DNA of 64,000 bases from Octopus sinensis (Eukaryota), in the NCBI RefSeq assembly GCF_006345805.1, contig NC_043003.1, positions 51,832,001 to 51,896,000 on the forward strand. Reading direction: 5' to 3'. The stretch's first letter is position 1. Each line of letters begins with the position of its first letter. The position numbers were made by a program, and so were the translations under genes. Below the pieces are notes generated by a model. It saw nothing but the letters and a program-made list of their open reading frames with translations. It ran no database searches and was not told the origin of the DNA. Positions 52,162-64,000 of this stretch are shown here, piece after piece.

Positions 52162-53427
52162 TGTTTTAGTGAAAATGGTACACTCCTTTCCACGTGACAA
52201 AGCGGTTTGAAGGAGCCACTATAAAATCAGACAGTCAGTCGCTGAATAGGAGTAGTAAAGTCGTTGTACGAGTTCTCCGTTGGAGTCAGTGTCAGTTACG
52301 TGATATATACGAGTTCGAGTTACCGTCAAGGTAGACGTTACAAAGTCGTTGTCTTGTGGTGCTATCAGCGATAGCACAATAGACTATACAAAGATAAGAC
52401 GCGGAATACCGCGACAACATAATAGTGGCGACCAGAATATTGCAGTGCCGACGACAACCTACAAGTGGACGAGGATCCACATTATAACAGTGATGACGAG
52501 AATATAAACAATTCATACGGACGACGTTGAAAAATGTTTGACGCAGAGAAATTAAAAACTCGACAGAGGAGTAACAAACATTTTTGTTGCATATATTTTA
52601 CGAAAAATCTGTAAAATTATGGAAAAACGTGTTAGAGGGTTTAGTTGATTTGCAAAAACAGCAACAACAACAGCTCAAAGAACAACAACAATGTTACAGC
52701 AACAAATGTTACAACTAATAAAGTTGTTGTTTTTTTTGGAAGGATTAAGCTGTTACACTAAAACAAAAGCGAGGATCGCAGTAAAATAAGAGGCAACACC
52801 TATTTTAAAGCCCAAACGAATGTGCCGTTTGTAGCGTTGGACCAGGTTAATAAAGAGCTAGAAAGACTAGAAAGTCAAGCTATGAGTGAAAAAGTCAACC
52901 ATTCAGACTGGGCAGCTCCGCCAGTTTATGTAAAGACAAAAAAAAAAAAAATACGGACTTTTCAACTGGATTAAATGACGGGTTAGTCGAACACAGCTAT
53001 CTATCACCAAGCCCAGAAGAAGTGTTCTCAAAACTAAATGGAGGAAAAATTTCCTGGAAGAAAAATTTCCTCGAAGAAAAATTTCCTCTTGGAAGCCTAT
53101 CTATAGATACAGGTAGTGGAAGATTGCGCACACCTTTTAACAATCAGCACACACCGTGGATTGTATGAATTCAAGCGGCTTCCTTTTGGAGTAAAAGTGG
53201 AAACTGCGCCATATTCCAACAAGTGAAATGGACGCAATGTTAAATGACTGCGACTTCGCTATCGCTTATCTTATAGCGAGTCAGTGGAGCAACATTTCGA
53301 ACATATTAAAAAAGTATTCGGAAATATAAATTAATACAGGTTTAGGCCAACAAAGGAAAAGTGTGAATTTTTGATGAAAAAATCAAATATTTGGGTCGAG
53401 TGATTGACGAAAGGGGACGAAGGCTAG

Positions 53428-55419
53428 CGTGACTCGACTTTTCGTCCGATGTCACTTTGTCCTAAGTCACTTCATCCACGTCTTTTGGTCCGACGTCTTT
53501 TGATCCGACGTCTTTATGTCCGATGATTATTTTTTGTCCAACGACTTTTTGTTCAATTTTAATAAAATCTTTAGAAAATAAGGTGAACATCAAACTCAAA
53601 TAATCATTGAGAATTTTATTGATTGGATTCAAGCAAAATACTGTGGGAAAATGTATTTTAAAAAGAAGTAATTTTTAAAAAGTTACAGGATATAACTAAT
53701 GATTTATGTTCACTTAAAATTGATGTAAATTATATGTCACACTCTTAAAAAAAAAAAAAATTTTCTTGTTGACCCATATTCAATAACCAATCTTTTGAGG
53801 TGTTTAGTTATTCTTCGATATCGTGAACATGAATTTGACGGATTTCCTCGAAGAATTTGAGTAATTTTACCTTGAACGAATCCTTCCTCTTCCTTCAGAG
53901 TTTTGATTAATTTCCAAATATTCAAATGCGCTCCACCTGCTGAATGCTTTATCACAAAATGAAACCTCTCCACAGCATTATTTGTTTTGGGTAGATCTTG
54001 AAGAATACGCTGATTAACATTCCATACAGCAACCAGGAATGTAGGTGGTTCTCTCCTTCGTCCTCTCACAACGCCTATGTAAGTCATGTCGAAGTAAACG
54101 ATGAATTCAGCAGGTATTTCTTCATCGTCATCTTCAACGGGTAGGAAGGCTAATGCTGAAAAAATACCAAATTTTAAGACAGAATTCAGTCTTTATTGTA
54201 TTTTTCTTTGTGGCCTCTAAATCTGTAATTTTTCGAAATACTGATTGGCTCAGATGAAACAACCATACCACGATAGATGAATTAGAGAATGATGAAATAA
54301 ATGCCTTATGAACTGCAACTTCGAAATCTCCTATGAAATCAAGCAGATATGCATCAGGTTGCATAATTTTCAATTGCTCGAAAAATAATTCGTATGCCTG
54401 CTTTGTTTTATTCGGCAGTAATGCGAAGACCCGTGGAAAACTGCTACCTTTAACTTGTACATGAATGCTAAACAGTTGAAACCACTGTTCTGGCATAATT
54501 TTGAATGTTCCATCACATGTCCAATGACGATATGGTGCTATATTCTGAAGAGCACTTTCTGATGCAAATACTAGTATGCACCATTGATACTCGATACCCG
54601 AATCGTATTTCAGAAAGTGTTCGCTATTATCAAGTTTACAATATTCTTCAGGTATTTCAAAACCAGTTCTAGACCCTGGATTAGCGGGAAATCCAGAATT
54701 TTTTTTTTTTTGATGGCATCTTTGAATAGTCCTTGAAAGTACAGGCAAACGAGAAAGTTAAGAGCAAGTATTTTCTATCAGCTGCGTAAACTTAGCCACT
54801 AGGTACGCGAACTTGCTGCTATGTTTTCCACTTTATACCTTATTTCTGGAACTGCTTTTCTGGCATTTAGCATCAACTGGATGAAGGTGGTCACTAGAAA
54901 AATAGATAATTTTCGGCTTATTGTTTTCCGTTACCGTGTGAATTCGCACTGAACACAGCCTTCTTTTCTCACATCTCCAGAATTCTTTCCAAGTTTTGTA
55001 TTGCTTTAAAGAAAATCGTAGATGTAATTACTTTCATCAACTACTTTTCTTTTGTTTTTGGTCGATACTATGAACGTTATCATTTCGGAATGGGTAAATT
55101 AAAAATATGTACACTAAATTTGCAGTGGTCTCTATACACAGCACCATACTTAAGAGAGAGAAGGAAAAAGAGAAAGTAAAACTGTTAACAGAGAAGGAAA
55201 AAGAACGATAATAACGATCATATAACGAGGCTCGATATAGTTCTGTAATATATCATTCTGTAATATATCATTAGAGATATTTAACCTTGTTTCTAAAGAG
55301 TTTATTTATAATCGGAAAAAAGTCGTTAGAAAAAAAAATCATCGGACAAAAAGACGGACCAAAAGACGTGGACGAAAAGACATTTGACGAAGTGACATCG
55401 GACGAAAAGACATAGCACC
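53428..55419 (-). mobile_element. MULE/Mutator DNA transposon with long TIRs
   Basis: TIRs of about 130-150 bp built of cttttcgtccgatgt-like subrepeats. 9-bp TSD gaaggctag (53419-53427) / gaaggccag (55420-55428). Gypsy RT reads ERGRRPDPSR across the excised site. Confidence 0.92.
53737..54990 (-). pseudogene. MULE transposase pseudogene with N-terminal FLYWCH-like zinc finger
   Basis: FWRCEKRRLCSVRIHT...DHLH, WTCDGTFK, QLFSIH, VFALLPNKT, DFEVAV, FHLSQSVFRK, LPKTNNAVERFH. Confidence 0.88.
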
Positions 55420-57414
55420 GAAGGCCAGACCCATCAAGGGCGACGGCAAAACGGAATATGCCTCCCCCAACGAACGTCAAATTATTGCAGGCATTTTTAG
55501 GGTTGGTAAACTACTATCAAGTATATATCCCGAACATACACAACACAAGAGCTTCACCAAACGAGCTGTTAAAAAAGGATGCCAAATGATTTTGGTCAGA
55601 AAAATGCCAGAAGGCATTTGAGGAACTAAAAAGCATGTTAACTTCAGACTTGTCGCTTACACACTTCGATCCAAAGTTGGAAATGATACTTGCAACAGAT
55701 GCTAGTGAGTACTGGGTAAGCGCCGTACTCCTACACAAATGTGAAGATGGCAGCCAAAAGGCCATAGCTCACGCGTCAAGGAGAAAAAAATTACAACCAA
55801 ATTGAAAAAGAGGGATTGGTGATTATATTTGGCATAAAAAAGTTCCACAGGTTTATACATGGTAGACGGTTTAGACTAGAAACAGATCATCGCCCGTTCC
55901 TAACGATTTATAGATCCAAGAAAGGAATCCCAATACATACGACAAACAGGTTGCTGTGATAAGGCACCATACTACTAAACTACGACTACGCAATGGGATA
56001 TTTACCGTCGAAAAAGCTAGGACATGCTGGCGGCCTATCCAGGTTAATACCCAGAGATGGCGAACCATTCGAGGACGCATTAGTAGCAGCTCTCAGAGCC
56101 GAAGGGGAAATTAAACACATAATGTGGAACATTGTACGAGAGTTACCAATAACTCTAGAGGAGATAAAGGGACACGCGTCAAAAGACAAGTTCATTAATG
56201 AAGCAAAAAAAAAAACAACTTTGTGGTTAGCGAAAGAAAACAAACCAAAAAAGTTCGGTAAGAAAAAACAAGATGTTTTATATATTCAACATGTGATGGC
56301 GTATTGATGTATGACCAAAGGGTAGTGATATCTGAGACTCTACAAAAAAGAATGCTGAAAGAATTCCATATTGAACATCCAGGGACCACAAGGATGAAAG
56401 TGTTTGTGCACAGTTATGCGTATTAACAGAAGATGGACAAGGAAGTTGAAAACGTAGTAAAAGGCAGCGAAATTGCCCCACTAAAATGTGGGAGCCTTGG
56501 CCAGAAGTAAAAAATCCATGGTCAAGACCACATATCGATTTTGCGGGTCCATTTAATGGTTATTACTACTTAGTAAGTAATTGATAGTTTTACAAAATGG
56601 CCGGAAATTGTTAGGTGCAAAAGACCAACTGCCTCAATTGTAATACATTTTCTGCACGAATTATCTGCAAGATTTGGCATCCCAGACGTATTTCGTCTGA
56701 TTATAGAACACAATTTGTATCCAGTGAATTTAGAAAATTCTGCGAAATGTTCACGGTAGAACATAAAACGATAGCGCCTTACCATCCCAGACCAAATGGA
56801 CAGGCAGGGCGTTTTGTGGACACTTTTGAAGGACACAGACGAAATCACTCTGCAACAGTTCCTAAGGGTATACAGGGTGAAACCGAATCCCAATACACTA
56901 GCAGAAAGCTCAACAGCTGAACTGATGTTGTGAAATCAGTTTTTGATAAACTGTTACCTGGCGAGGACAGAAAAAGTACCATGAAAGACAATCCAAAATT
57001 TTTCAAAATTGGCGATAAGGTGTACATGAAGTCATATAAAAACGGAAAACAATACTGGGAAGAAGGAAAAATTATAAAGTACATAGGGTAAATGATGTAC
57101 AGAATTAAAAGCAGAAAAGGCATTGAAAAAAGACACAGAAACCAATTGAAGAAGAGATTCATAAGAAATGAACCAGATAGATTAGAAGAACCTGTAACGT
57201 GACACGAGAAGCCAGTGCCATTTTGTACGAGATCTCGCCGGCAGCCATTACCATGTCCGAGACAAGAGCGAGATCTCGCCTACAACCATGTGGCCATGCA
57301 CGGGACCGCAGCGAGACTCTCGTGGGCAACATCTATTTAAGCAGACGTATTAAGGAAATTCTCCCTCTTCACTTTCTCGCTACGCTGAGAAACACGTGGA
57401 TCCACAGTATAACA

Positions 57415-57990
57415 TTACCGAAAAAGTTGTTCTTCGTCCTCTCATTAAACACACTATCATACCTGCTCACAAAACATAGGGATCGTAGAAATGGATCCAG
57501 AAGTAACTCCCATCTTTTCTTTGTTGACGACCTGAAACTGTATGGGCCAAATATCGACCACATGAAAAAGAAACAGTTAAACCTCATAACTCAATTTTCT
57601 ACAGACATTGGAATGAACTTTGGTGAATCTAAATGTGCATTCTTAACAATAAGACATGCAAAAGTTTTACCCTCCTCGGAAAACCTAAAAACGAATGGCT
57701 TGGCAATACAACTTCTACAGTCAGGTGACAATTGTAGTTATCTTGGACAAGATGAGAATTTCAGATATGATGGACCCATAAATAAGAAGTGGACCAGAAA
57801 TGAATACCTCAGAAGAGTAAAGAGAATATGGTCATTAGAACTTTAAGCTTACAAGTATATTGCCCTCAGAACCTTTGCTGTGGCTGCCCTCACACCTACG
57901 TCTGGCCTTCTGAACTATTCACTATAAAAACTCAATAAGATAAATGTTCGAATTCGCAAGAGGCTCAGTGTTATAGGAATCAACATCAAT
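57415..57990 (+). mobile_element. R4/Dong-type LINE RT, right arm
   Basis: FVLSLNTLSYLL...HLFFVDDLKLY...IGMNFGESKCA...YLGQDEN continues the 51620-52161 arm. Confidence 0.85.
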
Positions 57991-58000
57991 GGAGATGTAG

Positions 58001-58109
58001 ACTCGAGGCTATAGTAGAAGACACTTGCCCAAGGTACCACGCAGTGGGACTGAAACCGGGACCATGTGGCTGGTAAGCAAACTACTTATCACACAGCCAC
58101 TCCTGCGCC
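58001..58109 (-). mobile_element. SINE family A head
   Basis: Reverse-complement head ending in ...cacagccactcctgcgcc. Confidence 0.85.
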
Positions 58110-58169
58110 TTTTGCCCAACGAATAAGAACATTTTATCTAAAATTATTGAGAAAGAGTGGGAAGGATCC

Positions 58170-58395
58170 AAACTGCGCCATACAAACTGTTTAGCGGCAT
58201 TTCTCCCAGATTTTTATATTCTGAGTTCAAATGCTGCCCGGGTCGAATTTGCCTTTCATCATTAGGTAAGAGGTGGTGGAGTCGATAAAAGAAGTACCAG
58301 GCAAGAATTGGGTCGACGTAATCGACTTTCTTCTCCTTTAAGGTAGTGCTCCAGCATGGCCGCAAACAATGACCGAAGCACGTAAAAGATAAAAA
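58170..58395 (+). mobile_element. Family-B-like SINE with the 3' tail shared with family A
   Basis: 'ttctgagttcaaat...gtcga.tttgcctttcatc' followed by 'gtgctccagcatggccgca...cacgtaaaagata'. Confidence 0.7.
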
Positions 58396-58459
58396 AAAGA
58401 ACATTTATTGTCAATTACATTGAAACGTGCGATTCCCAGAATGTAAATTAGCCTTTATA

Positions 58460-58684
58460 CTCTCTTATTCATTTACTTGTTTCAGTCATTTGACTGTGGC
58501 CATGATGGAGCACCGCTTTTAGTCGAGCAAATCGACTCCACGACTTATTCTTTGTAAGCCTGGTACTTATTCTATCGGTCTCTTTTTTGCGGAACCGCTA
58601 GGTTACGGGACGCAAACACACCAGCATCAGTTGTCAAGCGATGTTGGGGGGACAAATACAGACACACAAACATACACACACGCA

Positions 58685-58738
<54 letters not shown>

Positions 58739-58744
58739 ACATAC

Positions 58745-58776
<32 letters not shown>

Positions 58777-59020
58777 ATATATATATATAATATATACATA
58801 CATATATATATATAATATATACATACATATATAATATATATATATATATACATACATATATACGACGGGCTTCTTTCAGTTTCCGTCTACCAAATCCACT
58901 CACAAGGCTTTGGTCGGCCCGAGGCTATAGTAGAAGACACTTGCCCAAGGTGCCATGCAGTGGGACTGAACCCGGAACCATGTGGTTCGTAAGCAAGGCA
59001 CCACACAGCACTCCTACGCC
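58460..59020 (-). mobile_element. SINE family A full copy
   Basis: Both halves with a long internal (TA)n tract. Confidence 0.92.
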
Positions 59021-59216
59021 TATATACTAGTAATTATTGATGTATTTTACTAAGTGTTTAAGCCATCATATGCAAAGCTGGGGTTCTCAGACAACGAAAA
59101 ATACCATCTGACTAATATTCTCAAAAAAACAATCTGTAAGTTCAATATTGAAAATGTGGAAGACTTCTGAAGTTTGACATGACTACGTGCGCGCTCGCAC
59201 CACACACACACACACA

Positions 59217-59265
<49 letters not shown>

Positions 59266-59564
59266 ACACACACACACACACACATGCACACACATACACA
59301 CACACACACATATACAGAGTGATTTCTCCATTTTCATAGATGATTATCGTTTTCTTGTGCTTTCTCTTGTCCAGAACATTTCTGACTTTCCCTCCATGGC
59401 CTTTTAGATGAATACTCATTTCCGCTTTAGATCTGCATGGTTTGAAGCATAGACGTTAGTCGAAAGTTAGAACTTGCTGTGGGCAAGTGTCTTCTACTAT
59501 AGCCTCGGGCCGACCAAAGCCTTGTGAATGGATTTGGTAGACGGAAACTAAAAGAAGCCCATCG

Positions 59565-59639
<75 letters not shown>

Positions 59640-60367
59640 TATATGTATGTATATGCATGTGTGGACCTAACTGATTAGGTCCGTACATTTTTCCATTACC
59701 ATAGGATTTTCAGTAGATGGAATGAAAAATTAGGTCAGCTTAAAAAAACCATCTGTTCCTCATTGGATTATGGTGATAAACGCTTGTACAACACGAGTAC
59801 CACTCTTTGAATCTCCGTGATTTGTACCTAGTGACAGACCAAGACCTCTTCCTAAACTCAGGTATGTCCGTGCAAACTGTTCCGAGAATCCAAGAAGTTT
59901 CTGTGCATGAATTTGCTTTCAGTGGATAAAGTGTTGCACGATACTGAACCCACTTTCCAGCGTAACCAGCTATAAAACACCAATGGCACAACAGACTAGA
60001 AACCACCCCCGCACACACATACACACACATCTACGTTAAATTGATACAACCGATGTGTGTGTGTGTGTGGTGTGTGTGTGTGTGCGTGCATGCGTGCGAA
60101 ATCCACACGTATGAATAGTGTACTTGTTTGTTATTTTAGTTTAGTATATTTATGCGTGTGTATGTATGTGTGTTTGTGCATAGCCAAACGGTTAAGATGT
60201 TTGTTTCGAAAGTGGCTGTGTGGTAAGTAGCTTGCTAACCAACCACATGGTTCTGGGTTCAGTCCCACTGCGTGGCATCTTGGGCAAGTGTCTTCTGCTA
60301 TAGCCCCGGGCCGACCAATGCCTTGTGAGTGGATTTGGTAGACGGAAACTGAAAGAAGCCTGTCGTA

Positions 60368-60444
<77 letters not shown>

Positions 60445-61176
60445 TATATATATGTATGTATATGCATGTGTGGACCTAACTGATTAGGTCCGTACATTTT
60501 TCCATTACCATAGGATTTTCAGTAGATGGAATGAAAAATTAGGTCAGCTTAAAAAAACCATCTGTTCCTCATTGGATTATGGTGATAAACGCTTGTACAA
60601 CACGAGTACCACTCTTTGAATCTCCGTGATTTGTACCTAGTGACAGACCAAGACCTCTTCCTAAACTCAGGTATGTCCGTGCAAACTGTTCCGAGAATCC
60701 AAGAAGTTTCTGTGCATGAATTTGCTTTCAGTGGATAAAGTGTTGCACGATACTGAACCCACTTTCCAGCGTAACCAGCTATAAAACACCAATGGCACAA
60801 CAGACTAGAAACCACCCCCGCACACACATACACACACATCTACGTTAAATTGATACAACCGATGTGTGTGTGTGTGTGGTGTGTGTGTGTGTGCGTGCAT
60901 GCGTGCGAAATCCACACGTATGAATAGTGTACTTGTTTGTTATTTTAGTTTAGTATATTTATGCGTGTGTATGTATGTGTGTTTGTGCATAGCCAAACGG
61001 TTAAGATGTTTGTTTCGAAAGTGGCTGTGTGGTAAGTAGCTTGCTAACCAACCACATGGTTCTGGGTTCAGTCCCACTGCGTGGCATCTTGGGCAAGTGT
61101 CTTCTGCTATAGCCCCGGGCCGACCAATGCCTTGTGAGTGGATTTGGTAGACGGAAACTGAAAGAAGCCTGTCGTA

Positions 61177-61253
<77 letters not shown>

Positions 61254-61975
61254 TATATATATGTATGTATATGCATGTGTGGACCTAACTGATTAGGTCC
61301 GTACATTTTTCCATTACCATAGGATTTTCAGTAGATGGAATGAAAAATTAGGTCAGCTTAAAAAAACCATCTGTTCCTCATTGGATTATGGTGATAAACG
61401 CTTGTACAACACGAGTACCACTCTTTGAATCTCCGTGATTTGTACCTAGTGACAGACCAAGACCTCTTCCTAAACTCAGGTATGTCCGTGCAAACTGTTC
61501 CGAGAATCCAAGAAGTTTCTGTGCATGAATTTGCTTTCAGTGGATAAAGTGTTGCACGATACTGAACCCACTTTCCAGCGTAACCAGCTATAAAACACCA
61601 ATGGCACAACAGACTAGAAACCACCCCCGCACACACATACACACACATCTACGTTAAATTGATACAACCGATGTGTGTGTGGTGTGTGTGTGCGTGCATG
61701 CGTGCGAAATCCACACGTATGAATAGTGTACTTGTTTGTTATTTTAGTTTAGTATATTTATGCGTGTGTATGTATGTGTGTTTGTGCATAGCCAAACGGT
61801 TAAGATGTTTGTTTCGAAAGTGGCTGTGTGGTAAGTAGCTTGCTAACCAACCACATGGTTCTGGGTTCAGTCCCACTGCGTGGCATCTTGGGCAAGTGTC
61901 TTCTGCTATAGCCCCGGGCCGACCAATGCCTTGTGAGTGGATTTGGTAGACGGAAACTGAAAGAAGCCTGTCGTA
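59565..61975. repeat. Tandem triplication, 809/809/799-bp period, each unit (TA)n + unique DNA + SINE 5' half
   Basis: An identical 96-aa ORF recurs at 59740, 60549 and 61358. The hairpin ggacctaa-ctga-ttaggtcc recurs at 59663, 60472 and 61281. Confidence 0.95.
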
Positions 61976-61981
61976 TATATG

Positions 61982-62048
<67 letters not shown>

Positions 62049-62280
62049 TATATATGTGTGTGGTGTGTGTGGTGTGTGTGTGTGTCTGTGTTTGTCCACG
62101 TAGCATTGCTTGACAACCGATACTGGTGTGTTTACGTCCCCGTAACTTAGCAGTTCGGCAAAGGAGACCGATAGAATAAGTACTGGGCTTACAAAGAATA
62201 AGTCCCGGGGTCGATTTGCTCGACTAAAGGCGGTGCTCCGGCATGGCCGCAGTCAAGTGACTGAAACAAGTAAAAGAATA
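61820..62280 (+). mobile_element. SINE family A full copy closing the tandem array
   Basis: The head is identical to those at 60212 and 61021, but this copy carries its 3' half. Confidence 0.92.
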
Positions 62281-62539
62281 AGTGTCTCACTATACTCAGA
62301 ACTACATTACCTAACGACTGGCCCTTTTAAAAAGAGAGAAAGGTGTGAGTTTTAGAGATAATCTTTTGTTATTTCTCGTTGGTCAAGTGAGCACGCAGAG
62401 TCCCACCTTATTGGCGCCGCAGGTGGCGTATTGGCAAAATCGGCAGGACTTCACACAAAATTGTAGTGGTTCTTTTATATTCCGAGGTCACACACACACA
62501 CACACACACACACACATCGGTTGTATCAATTTAACGGAG

Positions 62540-62745
62540 CGGCGAGCTGGCAGAAACGTTAGCACGCCGGGCGAAATGCGTAGCCGTATTTCGTAACGTT
62601 CTGAGTTCAAATTCCGCCGAGGTCGACTTTGCCTTTCATCCTTTCGAGGTCGATAAATTAAGTACCAGATACGCACTGGGGTCGATATAATCTACTTAAT
62701 CCATTTGTTTGTCCCCTCTGTGTTTAGCCCCTCGTGGGTAGTAAA
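62540..62745 (+). mobile_element. SINE family B full copy
   Basis: Head 'ggcgagctggcagaaacgttagcacgccgggcgaaatgc', B-box 'gagttcaaattc', tail 'tgtttagcccctcgtgggtagtaaagaaata'. Confidence 0.85.
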
Positions 62746-63495
62746 GAAATATATATTCCGAGGTCAAATCTCACTGCAGTTTACTTCGTCTTTCATTGTT
62801 CTGAGGTCGATATAATAAAATACCATTTTACTAATGGAGCATTTTTAATATCCCTATAATGCATCTTAGATGTGAATGGAATTATAATAGAATGACTGGA
62901 AGTGCTATATAGCAGGTTTTATAATGTAAACATGAATGTACGAAACATACTATGTAAAAAAGAAGAAAAAAACAACTTTCCAGTCCCCAGATTATATTTG
63001 CGGTAGTGTACGTTTGTTTTATGAATCTGTTTGTGCTGGTATATACTTGTGTTTTTTAGTAATTTTCTGAGCAAGGCAAGATAGAGTTTGTGTGACTGAG
63101 TGTGTTTCTTCACCTCTCAATGTATATTTAAGTGTGTGGATGTGTGTTCTTTTCGATTGTACGCAGTTCTCAGCTTATTTCTTTGTGTGGGTATGCGTGT
63201 GTGTTTATATGTTTATCAGTGTCTGTCCTCTTTTGAGCGCTTCTGTAATGCGCTTTCTATGTGTCTCTCCCACTCTTCGTATGTGTGGATGTGTGCGTGT
63301 ACGCATTATTATATATATGTGTGTGAGGGTGTAGGACTTTTTTTTTCCACATTTCTGTTTTCATCTGGTAGTGTATGTGTACGTATTTATATGAATGCGC
63401 TTAGGAATGTAAGGAAAGCGCCATAGCAACGGTAGGGGGTAAAAGATAGACAGTGTGAGACATATGTAAAGAGTAAACGAGAGACGGAGCGAGAA

Positions 63496-63533
<38 letters not shown>

Positions 63534-64000
63534 GGAGAGTGAGAGAGCAGTTGCCCACCCACGTTGAGCTCTCCTCCCTTCCACTCCTCGGGCTATTTGG
63601 ATAGCTACATGGTGGGTTGCAATGATGATCGTGGTGATAATGGTAGTGGTGGTGATGGTGGTAGTATGGTAAGTGAGTGAGAGCAGAGTAAAAGCTTTGT
63701 TTGGACGATGTGTGTGTGTGTAAAACAGGCTGATATGGACTGGGGTACATACGTACGCGCGTGCACACACACATGCTCATGAATATGTGTGTGTGGTGTG
63801 TGTGTGTGCGTGTGCGCGTTGGGTTTAGAAGATTTAACAGTAAAAGAGGGCAGAAAGGATGATAGGAAGTAGAGAAGAACTAATGGATGAATTTCTGAAA
63901 AAAATACTTACAATGCAAAGAACACTGTTTTCTCATAAACACACGCATACAAACGCATGCACACATACACACACTAACACACGCCCGTACACGGGCACAC

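Larger units (their letters stand above)
52162..57414 (+). mobile_element. Ty3/Gypsy (Mag-like) LTR retrotransposon, degenerate, interrupted by a MULE
   Basis: RT (SDWAAP, FSTGLND, HRGLYEFKRLPFGV), RNase H (LATDASEY..SAVL), integrase (EFHIEHPG, PWSRPHIDFAGP, PYHPRPNGQA). TG..CA terminal segments at 52162-52489 and 57193-57414; imperfect 5-bp TSD ctact/ttacc. Confidence 0.88.

Noticed and set aside
59565-61975. CRISPR-like or prokaryotic repeat-spacer array
   Set aside because: The units are 809-bp identical duplications with no unique spacers, in a eukaryotic context with no cas genes.

Overview
A eukaryotic, AT-rich and extremely repeat-dense 64 kb window. The tRNA-derived SINE families with internal microsatellites suggest an octopus genome (inference). 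Most short ORFs in the track are microsatellite read-through artefacts. One host gene runs on the minus strand in the first 14 kb. It has a CpG-rich promoter with a near-perfect RFX X-box, two CCAAT boxes and a GC/GT box (13.6-13.76 kb), an ATG exon (12096-12137), a clean 117-nt exon (11435-11551) and a further exon (3745-3835) that is in frame only if one base of a T7 run is removed. I do not recognise the protein; a ciliary or flagellar role is inferred from the X-box. The other 50 kb is layered transposon debris: about 10 full-length and many partial SINEs; RTE, CR1-like, L1/Tx1-like, R4/Dong and probable Penelope remnants; two full-length dead mariners; Tc1, Tigger and hAT MITEs; and an internally deleted Helitron. 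The most unusual structures are a three-level nest (R4 LINE > Gypsy with discordant LTRs and tandem PBS-like motifs > MULE), a hAT MITE carrying an inverted copy of its own flank, a cluster of foldback structures at 31-35 kb, and an 809-bp tandem triplication that appears to come from crossover between (TA)n tracts. I found no prokaryote-type system (CRISPR, operon) and cannot claim a wholly new biological system from this sequence.
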